NCBI GenBank assembly: GCA_017399165.1
Contig: JAFQEF010000079.1
Span: 14,005-78,004 of the forward strand
Length of the DNA: 64,000 nt
From: Akkermansia sp.
GTDB lineage: Bacteria > Verrucomicrobiota > Verrucomicrobiia > Verrucomicrobiales > Akkermansiaceae
Reading direction: 5' to 3'
Shown here: positions 55,781-64,000 of the stretch, in pieces
How positions within the stretch are numbered: the stretch's first letter is position 1
Layout of the letters: the number at the start of each line of letters is the position of its first letter
Notes under the pieces: model-generated
Database searches by the model: none
Seen by the model: the letters and a program-made list of their open reading frames with translations, nothing else
What the model was told of the DNA's origin: nothing
Position numbers and translations under genes: made by a program

Positions 55781-56842
55781 TCAATAATCCTGCACGGGGG
55801 AGCCGGGGGCGGGGGTGGCAAGAGCGGGTACCTCTGCATTAAAGACGCGGTTGTCTTCAAGATAATCGTGCCACTCAATAAAGCTCATGATTGGGCGAGC
55901 AGAAAGCGGGAAACGGAAACTGTTGATGCGGCGCTCCACTTCCTCCAGCACCGTATCCGGCAGTTGAGCAACGGCTGCGGCAATAGGCTCCAAGTGGTCA
56001 CAGGCATTGTGACAAACTAGGGGGAGATCACACCCGGCTTTAAGCGCCATAGGCACAGACTCTGCAGGGGTGTATTGTTTGGCAATAGCGCCCATGCACA
56101 AGTCATCCGTAAATATAATGCCGTTGTACCCCAACTGAGTACGCAAAAAACCCTGCACCAATGCGGGGGATAAAGAGGTGGGCAGCTCGGAGTCTATCTC
56201 AGGAATGAGCACATGGGCAATCATCATAGACGGCAGCTCCGGCATAAGGGCATGGAAAGGGATGGAATCCTCTGCTAAAAAGGCATCTTTCGAGCCGTGC
56301 AGAACGGGGAGGTCGAAGTGAGGGTCGCACTCTGCCCTGCCCATTCCGGGGAAATGCTTGCCGCAAGTAGCAATACCGGCACGTATTTGCGCGCGGTTCC
56401 AAATCCCCGCCCAAGAGGTAACCGCTTGAGAATCCATACCCCAGCAACGGCTCGGCAAGGCATTGGCGCGGGCAGAGCCTATATCCAACACCGGGGCAAA
56501 GTTAGTGTTGACACCCAAGGAATGCAAGCATTGGGCATTATAATAGGCAGCGCGGGTAATGAGGGTGTCATCTTGCGTGGCACACAGCTCTGCCGCAGAG
56601 GGATGCTGCACAAAGATATCCGCCGTACGCACCACGCGTCCGCCCTCTTGATCGATGGCGATGATGGGCTCATCCGGTCCGGAGGTCAAGGCGCGCAGCT
56701 CATCCGTCAGCTCGCGGGTAAACTCGCAATCCATTATATTACGGGTAAACAAAATGTAGCCCGCAGGTTGCAGGCGAGAGAACAGCTCGCGCTCACGCGC
56801 CGTCAGCACCGGCCCCTCAATTCCTACAACTACGGGCAACAT
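55781..56842 (-). CDS. nagZ: beta-N-acetylhexosaminidase, GH3 (NagZ-like)
   Basis: 353 aa with IAIDQEGGRV, KHFPGMG and IIFTDDLCMGA. Confidence 0.85.
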   Translation of the reverse strand: MLPVVVGIEGPVLTARERELFSRLQPAGYILFTRNIMDCEFTRELTDELRALTSGPDEPIIAIDQEGGRVVRTADIFVQHPSAAELCATQDDTLITRAAYYNAQCLHSLGVNTNFAPVLDIGSARANALPSRCWGMDSQAVTSWAGIWNRAQIRAGIATCGKHFPGMGRAECDPHFDLPVLHGSKDAFLAEDSIPFHALMPELPSMMIAHVLIPEIDSELPTSLSPALVQGFLRTQLGYNGIIFTDDLCMGAIAKQYTPAESVPMALKAGCDLPLVCHNACDHLEPIAAAVAQLPDTVLEEVERRINSFRFPLSARPIMSFIEWHDYLEDNRVFNAEVPALATPAPGSPVQDY

Positions 56843-56845
56843 CTT

Positions 56846-56931
56846 GATTTACGATTTACGATTTACGAATGACGAAGGACGAACTAACCCCGCCCCGTAC
56901 ACCTTGTACCTTGTCCTTTATACCTTATTTA
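56846..56931. repeat. two decaying heptanucleotide tandem arrays in the pyrE-nagZ spacer
   Basis: First array, 56846-56887: GATTTAC x3, then GAATGAC, GAAGGAC, GAACTAA. Second array, 56897-56931: GTACACC, TTGTACC, TTGTCCT, TTATACC, TTATTTA. Confidence 0.8.
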
Positions 56932-57491
56932 TCGCCGAAGATACTGGCGCGGGTGAACATGGGGAACACGGGGATACCACGGCTTTCAATAGCCTCGCGG
57001 CCACCCTCCTGGCGGTCTACCAGCACCAAAGCAGCCACCACCTTGCCACCCTCTGCCTCAATGGCATCAATAGCTTTAAGGGTGGAGCCGCCGGTGGTGA
57101 TAACGTCATCCACCACAATTACCTGCTGCCCGGCAGCAAAGTTGCCCTCAATACGCTTACCACGGCCGTGGTCCTTGGCCTCCTTACGCACGGTGAAGAC
57201 GCAAAGCGGTTTCTCTGCAGAGGCAGAGTACATACCGATGGCCAGAGAAATGGGGTCTGCCCCCATGGTCATGCCACCAATGGCTGTAGCCTCGGGGAAC
57301 TTGGGCAAAATCTCCTCTTGCACCAGCTGCCAGCCTACCTCGCCGATGAGGTTAGCGCCACGGGCATCCAAAGCCGTCACGCGGCAATCGCAGTACAAGT
57401 CGCTCTCCTTACCGGAAGCAAGAATAAAATGACCGGTCTTGATGGACTTTGCCAGCAAGATTTCAAGCAATTCTGATTTGGCTTTACTCAT
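56925..57491 (-). CDS. pyrE: orotate phosphoribosyltransferase
   Basis: 188 aa with the PRPP-binding motif VIVVDDVITTGGS. Confidence 0.9.
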   Translation of the reverse strand: MSKAKSELLEILLAKSIKTGHFILASGKESDLYCDCRVTALDARGANLIGEVGWQLVQEEILPKFPEATAIGGMTMGADPISLAIGMYSASAEKPLCVFTVRKEAKDHGRGKRIEGNFAAGQQVIVVDDVITTGGSTLKAIDAIEAEGGKVVAALVLVDRQEGGREAIESRGIPVFPMFTRASIFGDK

Positions 57492-57591
57492 AACGCCGTT
57501 ATTCTAACGCGCACCGACCAAGATTGCAATACAAAAAATCACCATTTATCAAGCAACAGCTACAAGCAAATCATCCGAAAGAGTGGTTAAA

Positions 57592-58974
57592 TTACTCTTC
57601 CTCGGGCATATCAACGGCCCCCTCGGCAAAGAGCTCGTAGGCAATGGAGTCGGTAATAAGGACATTGGCAAACTCACCTACGGGCAAAGCGGGGTCAACG
57701 TGGATGGTGCCGTCTACATCCGGCGCATCCCACGGGCCACGGGCAATGCCGGGGGCATCTACCAACACGCGGATGGTTTGGCCGATGCAATCCTGCCCAA
57801 TCTCATCTGCAATACCGGCAAGAATCATGGAAAGCTCATTAGCACGGCGTTTGCGGGTAGCGTGGTGCACCTGGTTCTTCATTTTGGCAGCTAAAGAGCC
57901 CTCTTCTTTTGAGTAGGGGAACACCCCTGCCCGCTCAAAACGGAACTCGCGGATGAAGTCGCGCAGCTCGGCGTGGTCCTCCTCATTTTCATTAGGCAAC
58001 CCGCTGATGAACGTGGTGCGCAGGCCGATACCGGGCACAGCGGCGCGGAGGTCGCGTATGAGTTTGCGGATATAGTCGCCATCCGTCTTGCGGCGCTGCT
58101 CCTCCAGAATATGAGCAGCGATGTGTTGCAAGGGAATGTCAACATACTTCACCACCTTGTCGCACGTGGCAAATACATCGATAAGCTCTTGGCTCCAATG
58201 GGCGGGGTGGGTGTAAAGCACGCGCACCCAGAACTCGCCCGGCAGAGCGTTAATTTCACGCAGCAGCGTTGCCAAAGATTCACCGCGTGCGGAGTCTACT
58301 CCGCTGGTTTTGGTGGCACCGCCCTCCCATTTATCCATACCGTAATAGGTGGTATCTTGGGCAATAAGGTTAATTTCTTTCACCCCGGCCGCCACCAAGG
58401 CTCGCACCTCTCGCATGACGCTTGACTGCGGGCGGCTGCGGTGGCCACCGCGAATACGCGGTATCACACAATAGGCGCAGGCATGGTTACAGCCCTCTGC
58501 AATCTTAACATAGGCAAAATGCTTACCCGTAAGGCGGTAGCGAGTATCGCCAAAATCCGGCATCAATTTGGAAACCTTGGTGCTGTACACCTTCTCGCCC
58601 GTGCCATTTAAAGTGGCATTCACAATATCTACCACCTCAAGCACTTTATCTACGCCGATAAAACAGTCCACCTCGGGCATCAGCTTCACGAGGTCGTTGG
58701 CATAGCGTTGGGAAAGGCAGCCTGCCACCAGAATTTTCTGCTCAGCCGGGGCTTCACCCTCATCGCGGGCGCGGGTGGCAGCAAAAATGGTATCTATCGC
58801 CTCCTGCTTAGCGGGGTCAATAAATGCGCAGGTGTTGATGATAAGCGCCTCTGCCTGCTCGGGCTCCACCTTGGTAAACCCGGCACCCAAAAGACGATCC
58901 GCCATCACCTCAGAATCCACCAGATTCTTGGCACAGCCCAGAGATATGATTGCAAAACTTGCTGCCATGCCCAC
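57592..58974 (-). CDS. rimO: radical-SAM methylthiotransferase, RimO-like (ribosomal protein S12 methylthiotransferase)
   Basis: N-terminal SLGCAKNLVDSE, radical-SAM cluster CNHACAYCVIPRIRG and a C-terminal TRAM domain. MiaB cannot be fully excluded. Confidence 0.7.
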   Translation of the reverse strand: MGMAASFAIISLGCAKNLVDSEVMADRLLGAGFTKVEPEQAEALIINTCAFIDPAKQEAIDTIFAATRARDEGEAPAEQKILVAGCLSQRYANDLVKLMPEVDCFIGVDKVLEVVDIVNATLNGTGEKVYSTKVSKLMPDFGDTRYRLTGKHFAYVKIAEGCNHACAYCVIPRIRGGHRSRPQSSVMREVRALVAAGVKEINLIAQDTTYYGMDKWEGGATKTSGVDSARGESLATLLREINALPGEFWVRVLYTHPAHWSQELIDVFATCDKVVKYVDIPLQHIAAHILEEQRRKTDGDYIRKLIRDLRAAVPGIGLRTTFISGLPNENEEDHAELRDFIREFRFERAGVFPYSKEEGSLAAKMKNQVHHATRKRRANELSMILAGIADEIGQDCIGQTIRVLVDAPGIARGPWDAPDVDGTIHVDPALPVGEFANVLITDSIAYELFAEGAVDMPEEE

Positions 58975-59063
58975 AGCCTAACATACTTCTGCCTGTTTGA
59001 AAAGCGCAAAGTATGCACACTTAAAGAGAAAAAACAGAGACGTTTTCCGCGCGTTGTTACATT

Positions 59064-59984
59064 CTACAACGGATTACAACGGATGCCCCACATGAAAAAG
59101 CCTTTCAGCTCGGGCAATTTGTTAAAGAACGCCTCCAAAGCTTCCTTGCGTTTTATTTCTAACGCAGTCATATCTTTAACTTCACCGGTCAGATACACAG
59201 GCCGGGGCAATTTGTGTGCAGCTAGGGCTTGCTGATAGGCACTGGCCAATGCCGCCACACGCAAGCGGTCCGCCTCCCCCCCTTGCAAGAGGTAAGCGAG
59301 CCACGAAGCCAATTCCGTCAACTTTTTGATGCAGGCATCATCAGCTTTCAACAGGCCGGCAGCATAAAACTCTTTAAAAAAATCGTAGGCTGTTTTGTAA
59401 TCCTTGGCAAAACGGTGGTCCAACAAGCGGCGAGGCATGGGCAAATAATCCTCTCCACCAAACAGGGCCAACAGCTCCCGTAATGCAGCCTCTTCTTCCG
59501 CACTTGTCAACGGATCATGCAATGTTTCCTCAATAAAATCGCTCAACTCTGCCACAAGCTCCAAACCACAGAGGTTGGATTGCAGCTCAGCATCCAAGTT
59601 ATGCTCTGCCATGTAAGAATCGAGTAGCCAATCGCTCTGCCAGGCAATAGCATCTGCCAGCAAAATAATCTGCCGTAATTCTGCCGGGGGCAAAGCACGC
59701 AAGCGAGCGCACACCGGGCGAATCTTCTCCGTTGCAGCCTTTACAGCATCTACACATGCAGCTTTGTTAGAGGCGGTACCCACACCAGCCTTATAAACGG
59801 GATGAACTCGCACCAATTCGCGGTACACAGCCTGCACATCTTGCATATGTGCTTCCATAGCGGTAGACGGAGCCGGAGACAAAGAATCAAGCGATACTTC
59901 CCACTCAAAAGTCAACTCTTCCCCCGCCGAAACATTCCAACAGAGGGTAGACAACAAAGCACATAACACAGGGGCGGCTTTCAT
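59064..59984 (-). CDS. secreted hypothetical protein
   Basis: 306 aa, signal peptide (MKAAPVLCALLSTLCWNVSAG), helical, no recognisable motif. Confidence 0.55.
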   Translation of the reverse strand: MKAAPVLCALLSTLCWNVSAGEELTFEWEVSLDSLSPAPSTAMEAHMQDVQAVYRELVRVHPVYKAGVGTASNKAACVDAVKAATEKIRPVCARLRALPPAELRQIILLADAIAWQSDWLLDSYMAEHNLDAELQSNLCGLELVAELSDFIEETLHDPLTSAEEEAALRELLALFGGEDYLPMPRRLLDHRFAKDYKTAYDFFKEFYAAGLLKADDACIKKLTELASWLAYLLQGGEADRLRVAALASAYQQALAAHKLPRPVYLTGEVKDMTALEIKRKEALEAFFNKLPELKGFFMWGIRCNPL

Positions 59985-60099
59985 GCAGAAAACATATCAC
60001 AATACCCTCGCTGTGGCAATACCAATTTTTTGACACATGTGAAAGAGACCGTAATTTCTCGAGCCCGGGGATGACAATCATCTTTTTGTTTACTCAGTC

Positions 60100-60131
60100 A
60101 AAAAAAAGCAGCAGGTAATGAGGCCTGCTGC
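60100..60131 (-). terminator. rho-independent terminator (bidirectional form)
   Basis: GCAGCAGG (60108-60115) / 8-nt loop / CCTGCTGC (60124-60131). Flanked by A7 (60101-60107) and T6 (60132-60137). Confidence 0.8.
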
Positions 60132-60157
60132 TTTTTTGGGATTCTTTCCGGGGTAAA

Positions 60158-61378
60158 TCAATCGTCTACCGCCTTAAAGGAAACAGGCACTTTTTTGCTC
60201 TTCCATGCCTTAATGAAATCCTTTTGCAGTTTCTCTGAGTTTTTATGCGGTTCAATGAGGTGCTTCGTAGCCGCCTCGTGGGATTCACCGTCTATCAAAG
60301 CCTGCATGTATGTTTTAAGGGCTTCCACACCTTTCTTACCATCTAAATGCACATAGAAGGTAATAATCATGGTAGCAAGCGTATAGGTATCCTTACCCTG
60401 CCCCATGTATGAGTACATGGTTTCTTGGTCCATGGTCAGGAACTCCTCTAAAGTAAAGGGAAAATCCAGCGCACCGTGAGAGGACTGCTCCTTAGCCTTG
60501 TGCAGAATCACAGCATAGCAACGGGTAAAATCCAAATCCTCACCCACATACGGCACATAGCCCACGTACTCTGCCCAGCCCTCATTGCACCAAATGGGTA
60601 AACCATTGAACACAAAGTTTTGGTGAGTGAGCTCATGCACCAACACATGGGTGTCGATATCGTTCTTGGCAACATGCCCATCCGCAGACAAGCCGAGGGA
60701 CTCAAACGGAACCATCACTTTATCGCTAGCCAATGTTTTTTCCGTAATGGGGCCGTTATCCCCCGGCATTTTGCGAGAGCTGAACATGAACACACCGGCA
60801 GATGTGGGGGAACCGCCCTGCGCAACATACTGCTGTTTAGTGGGCCACAGCTCTACACGGTATTTCTTACCCTCACGGTCCTCCTCCGTGCGCGGGACCG
60901 GCAGCACCTCCCCCACGGCCTGATTGGCAGCATACGCACACTCGAACAGACGCCCCACCGTGTCGCAGGCGTTTTCATCTATCTCCACCGGGGTAAAGAA
61001 GATATAGTTATTGGTTTCATACACAAAGAATTGTCCCTGCTTTTCGCCCTGCTTAAGGGTGGTATCCTCCGGCACGGGTATTTTATCAGGCCAACCGTTG
61101 GGGGATTTGGCACGGACATTACGTATACCTTTATCACGCAGCTCCTTGCGCTTTTGTTGAGCAGCTTTACCTACATTGCGTTTCTTGCTCTTTTTATCCT
61201 TCTTGGTCTTCTTTTTTTTCTTAGAGGATTTATCAGATGCCTCATCATCATCGTCATCAGCCAGCAGTACAGTTTCTTCAAGCACAGGTACACTGTTACC
61301 CTCGTTTTCACCAAACAAAGGTGCAGCCATTCCTAAACCGAGAATTGCCAACAAAGGCATCCATTTAAACATTTTCAT
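60158..61378 (-). CDS. secreted putative zinc metallopeptidase (HExxH; DUF1570-like?) with highly charged linker
   Basis: Signal peptide, then an acidic/Lys-rich stretch DDDDDEASDKSSKKKKKTKKDKKSKKR. HELTH motif (VLVHELTHQNF) with WCNEGWAEY downstream. Confidence 0.55.
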   Translation of the reverse strand: MKMFKWMPLLAILGLGMAAPLFGENEGNSVPVLEETVLLADDDDDEASDKSSKKKKKTKKDKKSKKRNVGKAAQQKRKELRDKGIRNVRAKSPNGWPDKIPVPEDTTLKQGEKQGQFFVYETNNYIFFTPVEIDENACDTVGRLFECAYAANQAVGEVLPVPRTEEDREGKKYRVELWPTKQQYVAQGGSPTSAGVFMFSSRKMPGDNGPITEKTLASDKVMVPFESLGLSADGHVAKNDIDTHVLVHELTHQNFVFNGLPIWCNEGWAEYVGYVPYVGEDLDFTRCYAVILHKAKEQSSHGALDFPFTLEEFLTMDQETMYSYMGQGKDTYTLATMIITFYVHLDGKKGVEALKTYMQALIDGESHEAATKHLIEPHKNSEKLQKDFIKAWKSKKVPVSFKAVDD

Positions 61379-61521
61379 AGTAAAAAGGTATTATTTACGC
61401 ATAATCTGCCATAACTTTTAGCCAATGGCAAGCAAAAATTCAGCAATAACAAAATTTAAAGAGAGCATTGACAAGCTGCAAGCTTGACAAAACGTGTGCT
61501 CGCGTGCATACTACGCGCGTT

Positions 61522-62937
61522 ATGTTGAACTTATACGATACACAGACGGGGGCTCTCAAGCCCGTGCAGGCAGAGGACGGCAAGCAGCTGCGCTTCTACT
61601 GTTGTGGCCCCACTGTGTATGCCGCGGCACACATCGGCAATTTCCGCACCTTTGTCGTGCAGGATGTTTTTCGCCGCGTGGTAGAGCTGGGAGGGTTGCG
61701 CACCAAGCATGTACGCAACCTGACGGATGTGGACGACAAGACAATCCGCAACTCTCAAGCCCAAGGCATGCCGCTGGGAGAATACACGGCTAAATGGACG
61801 GCCAAGTTCCACGAAGATTGCAAAGCTCTTAACTGCCTTTCCCCGCATGTGGAACCCAGCGCAGTAGCCCATATCAAAGAGCAGCTTGACATTGTGCAAA
61901 AGCTCATGGAGGGCGGCCACGCCTACCGGAGCGACGATGGCTCCGTATACTTCCGCATTTCTTCTTACAACGACTACGGTAAACTGGCACACCTGGACCG
62001 CCAAGAGCTCGACCTCGGCAAAACCGCCAACACGCGAGCCGATACGGATGAGTACGAGAAAGACAGCGTGGCAGATTTCGTGCTGTGGAAAGCCCGCCGC
62101 CCGGAAGACGGCCCGAACTTCTGGCCCTCCCCCTGGGGAGAGGGGCGCCCCGGCTGGCACTTGGAATGCTCTGCCATGAGCCACAAGTACCTTGGCGACA
62201 CCTTTGACTTACACTCCGGCGGTGTGGACTTAGTGTTCCCGCACCATGAGAACGAGATAGCCCAGAGCCGTTGCGCCTGCGGGGGGCATTTTGCGCGCCA
62301 TTGGTTCCACGTAACCCACCTGCTGGTAGATGGTGCCAAGATGAGCAAGAGCTTGGGCAACATGTACACCTTAAACCAGTTGCAAGAAATGGGCTACACC
62401 CCTGCCGCCCTGCGCTATGTGCTGGCAGGTGCCTATTACCGCCGCCCGCTGAATTTCACCCTCAGCGGTATGAAAGATGCCACCAGTGCCCTCAATAAGC
62501 TGGGGCGCTTTGACAAAGAGCTTGCCAAAGCCAGTGGCGAAAAAGAGCCCACCTACCGAGACCTGGTCAAGAAAGCCCCGAACTTGGGCATGTTCCAATC
62601 TGCCTGGGATAGCTTGGAGGACGATTTGAACTGCCCCGAGGCACTCGGCCACGTGTTCAGTGCCATCAAGGGTGTAAAACCTTCCGAAATGGAGAAAACG
62701 GAAGCCACCAAGCTGTGGAGGGCGTTCCGATTCATCATGGAGGCCTTGGGCCTGCAACTGCCTGATCCCGATGCCGACATTGAGGTACCCGAGGATATCA
62801 AAGCCATTGCAGATGAACGCTGGGCAGCCCGCCTTGCCAAAAATTGGGCCACGGCAGATGCCCTGCGCGGCAAGCTTGCAGAGCTGGGCTGGGCCATGAA
62901 AGACGGCAAAGACGGTTACAAACTCACAAAAGCATAA
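61522..62937 (+). CDS. cysS: cysteine--tRNA ligase
   Basis: From ATG 61522: CGPTVYAAAHIGN (HIGH-type), WHLECSAM and KMSKSLGN. Confidence 0.95.
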   Translation: MLNLYDTQTGALKPVQAEDGKQLRFYCCGPTVYAAAHIGNFRTFVVQDVFRRVVELGGLRTKHVRNLTDVDDKTIRNSQAQGMPLGEYTAKWTAKFHEDCKALNCLSPHVEPSAVAHIKEQLDIVQKLMEGGHAYRSDDGSVYFRISSYNDYGKLAHLDRQELDLGKTANTRADTDEYEKDSVADFVLWKARRPEDGPNFWPSPWGEGRPGWHLECSAMSHKYLGDTFDLHSGGVDLVFPHHENEIAQSRCACGGHFARHWFHVTHLLVDGAKMSKSLGNMYTLNQLQEMGYTPAALRYVLAGAYYRRPLNFTLSGMKDATSALNKLGRFDKELAKASGEKEPTYRDLVKKAPNLGMFQSAWDSLEDDLNCPEALGHVFSAIKGVKPSEMEKTEATKLWRAFRFIMEALGLQLPDPDADIEVPEDIKAIADERWAARLAKNWATADALRGKLAELGWAMKDGKDGYKLTKA

Positions 62938-62946
62938 TAGCACACC

Positions 62947-63360
62947 ATGGACAACAAAGACCTTTCCCTGCTCGGCAAGCACAGCGCCTTCTTCAGCAGC
63001 CCGGAGGAAGCCAAGCTGGAGGCATTCCCGAACCGCAGCCCGCAGCGACCGTATGTGGTAACCCTCACCACGCATGAGTTTGCCTCCCTTTGCCCCGTTA
63101 CCGGGCAGCCGGACAGCTGTGAGCTCACCATCACCTACACCCCGGCAGAAAAAGTGGTGGAGACAAAGAGCCTCAAGTACTACCTTGTATCCTTCCGCAA
63201 CTATGCTGCTTTTAATGAGCAGGTAGTGAACCGCATATTGGATGACTTGGTGGCAGCCGTTGACCCCGCATGGATGAAGGTGGAAGGCAGATTCGGAGCA
63301 CGTGGCGGTATTCAGCTTACCTGCACCGCCGAGCACAAGCCGGAGAACCGCCCTGCATGA
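62947..63360 (+). CDS. queF: NADPH-dependent 7-cyano-7-deazaguanine reductase (type I)
   Basis: 137 aa with the catalytic Cys in EFASLCPVTGQPD and the ETKSLKYYL motif. Confidence 0.9.
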   Translation: MDNKDLSLLGKHSAFFSSPEEAKLEAFPNRSPQRPYVVTLTTHEFASLCPVTGQPDSCELTITYTPAEKVVETKSLKYYLVSFRNYAAFNEQVVNRILDDLVAAVDPAWMKVEGRFGARGGIQLTCTAEHKPENRPA

Positions 63361-64000
63361 AAGTAGCCGTTTTACTCTCCGGCGGGTTGGACTCCACCAC
63401 CGCGCTTTACTGGGCACATACCCACCATGAGGTGGTGTGTGCCCTCTCCTTTGACTATGGCAGCAACCACGCCGCCAGAGAATTGGAATGTGCGCGTTGG
63501 CAGGCGCAAAAACTGGGGGTTCCATACCATGAGATAGATATACGCGCCATCTCCGCCCACCTGCAAAGTGCCCTGCTCAGCGGTGCGGATGCCATACCTG
63601 CAGCCGACTATGCGGAGGATAACCTTAAGCAAACCGTGGTGCCGTTTCGCAACGGTATTTTCTTGGCCATTGCCGCCGGCATTGCAGAGAGCAACGGCGC
63701 GGAGGGCATCGTGATAGCCGCCCATGGCGGAGACCACGCGCTTTACCCCGATTGCAGAGAGGATTTCATGAATGCCATGGCAAGTGCCATATCTCTGGGC
63801 ACCTATGCCGAGCTGCAAATACTGCGTCCCTTCATCAACAACACCAAAGCAGAGATTACCGCCATGGGGGCAGCCATGGGCGTGGACTATGCCCACACTT
63901 ACTCTTGCTACTGCGGCGGGGTGAAGCACTGTGGGCAATGTGCCACCTGCCGAGAGCGCAAGGAGTCCTTTGAAGCAGCCGGAGTGCCGGACCCGACCGT
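63357..64000 (+). CDS. queC: 7-cyano-7-deazaguanine synthase (3' end runs off the window)
   Basis: My own translation from ATG 63357, which overlaps the queF stop as ATGA: MKVAVLLSGGLDSTT.., VPFRNGIF and the Zn cluster CYCGGVKHCGQCATCRER. It is absent from the ORF track because there is no stop inside the window. Confidence 0.9.
   Translation, partial: MKVAVLLSGGLDSTTALYWAHTHHEVVCALSFDYGSNHAARELECARWQAQKLGVPYHEIDIRAISAHLQSALLSGADAIPAADYAEDNLKQTVVPFRNGIFLAIAAGIAESNGAEGIVIAAHGGDHALYPDCREDFMNAMASAISLGTYAELQILRPFINNTKAEITAMGAAMGVDYAHTYSCYCGGVKHCGQCATCRERKESFEAAGVPDPT

Noticed and set aside
62371-63525. 384-aa ORF antisense to cysS, queF and queC
   Set aside because: It spans three independently supported plus-strand genes and their junctions, which is implausible for a real gene. 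This is a typical GC-rich antisense artefact. The same reasoning applies to 53231..54067, 53788..54555, 39991..40689, 61531..62184 and 47986..48558.
1-64000. CRISPR arrays, rRNA or tRNA genes
   Set aside because: I scanned all intergenic regions longer than about 80 nt by eye. None shows repeat-spacer periodicity, cloverleaf-compatible tRNA structure or rRNA-like sequence. A covariance-model scan (tRNAscan-SE, Infernal) would be needed to exclude small ncRNAs.

Overview
This window reads as a roughly 55% G+C bacterial chromosome segment, mostly housekeeping genes. These include infB-rbfA, trxB, argG, hisC, metH, uvrD, ahpC, aroB, argF, sufE, corA, argB, nadK, hup, nagZ, pyrE, rimO, cysS and queF-queC. 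The gene content (NahK-like hexosamine kinase, NagZ, many secreted hypotheticals) would fit a mucin-associated Verrucomicrobiota such as Akkermansia, but that is only a guess. I found no rRNA, tRNA or CRISPR array. All product calls rest on motifs and family sequences recalled from memory, because no searches could be run. The most interesting region is an integrase-flanked island of about 10 kb (18.6-28.8 kb). It carries a four-gene, translationally coupled operon: a 1059-aa SNF2-family helicase, a 243-aa protein with no recognisable motif, a Type III beta-class Mod methyltransferase and a Type III Res helicase-nuclease. A canonical Type III R-M system needs only Mod and Res, so this looks like an extended defence system with two motors. 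The mod gene also has a central block of about 37% G+C, which points to exchange of the specificity domain. Other observations: (1) an identical 19-nt palindromic box upstream of both trxB and ahpC, a candidate PerR/Fur-type operator; (2) a YlbF-like protein with a repetitive Cys/His tail; (3) a low-GC glycosyltransferase islet placed directly after the argG terminator; (4) a NahK plus nucleotidyltransferase hexosamine salvage pair; (5) an isolated nuoA; (6) tandem M29 aminopeptidase paralogs; (7) an ABC transporter operon ending in a GlcD-like oxidase; (8) decaying heptanucleotide arrays abutting the nagZ start codon. Many long antisense ORFs in the track are GC-driven shadows of real genes and were rejected.
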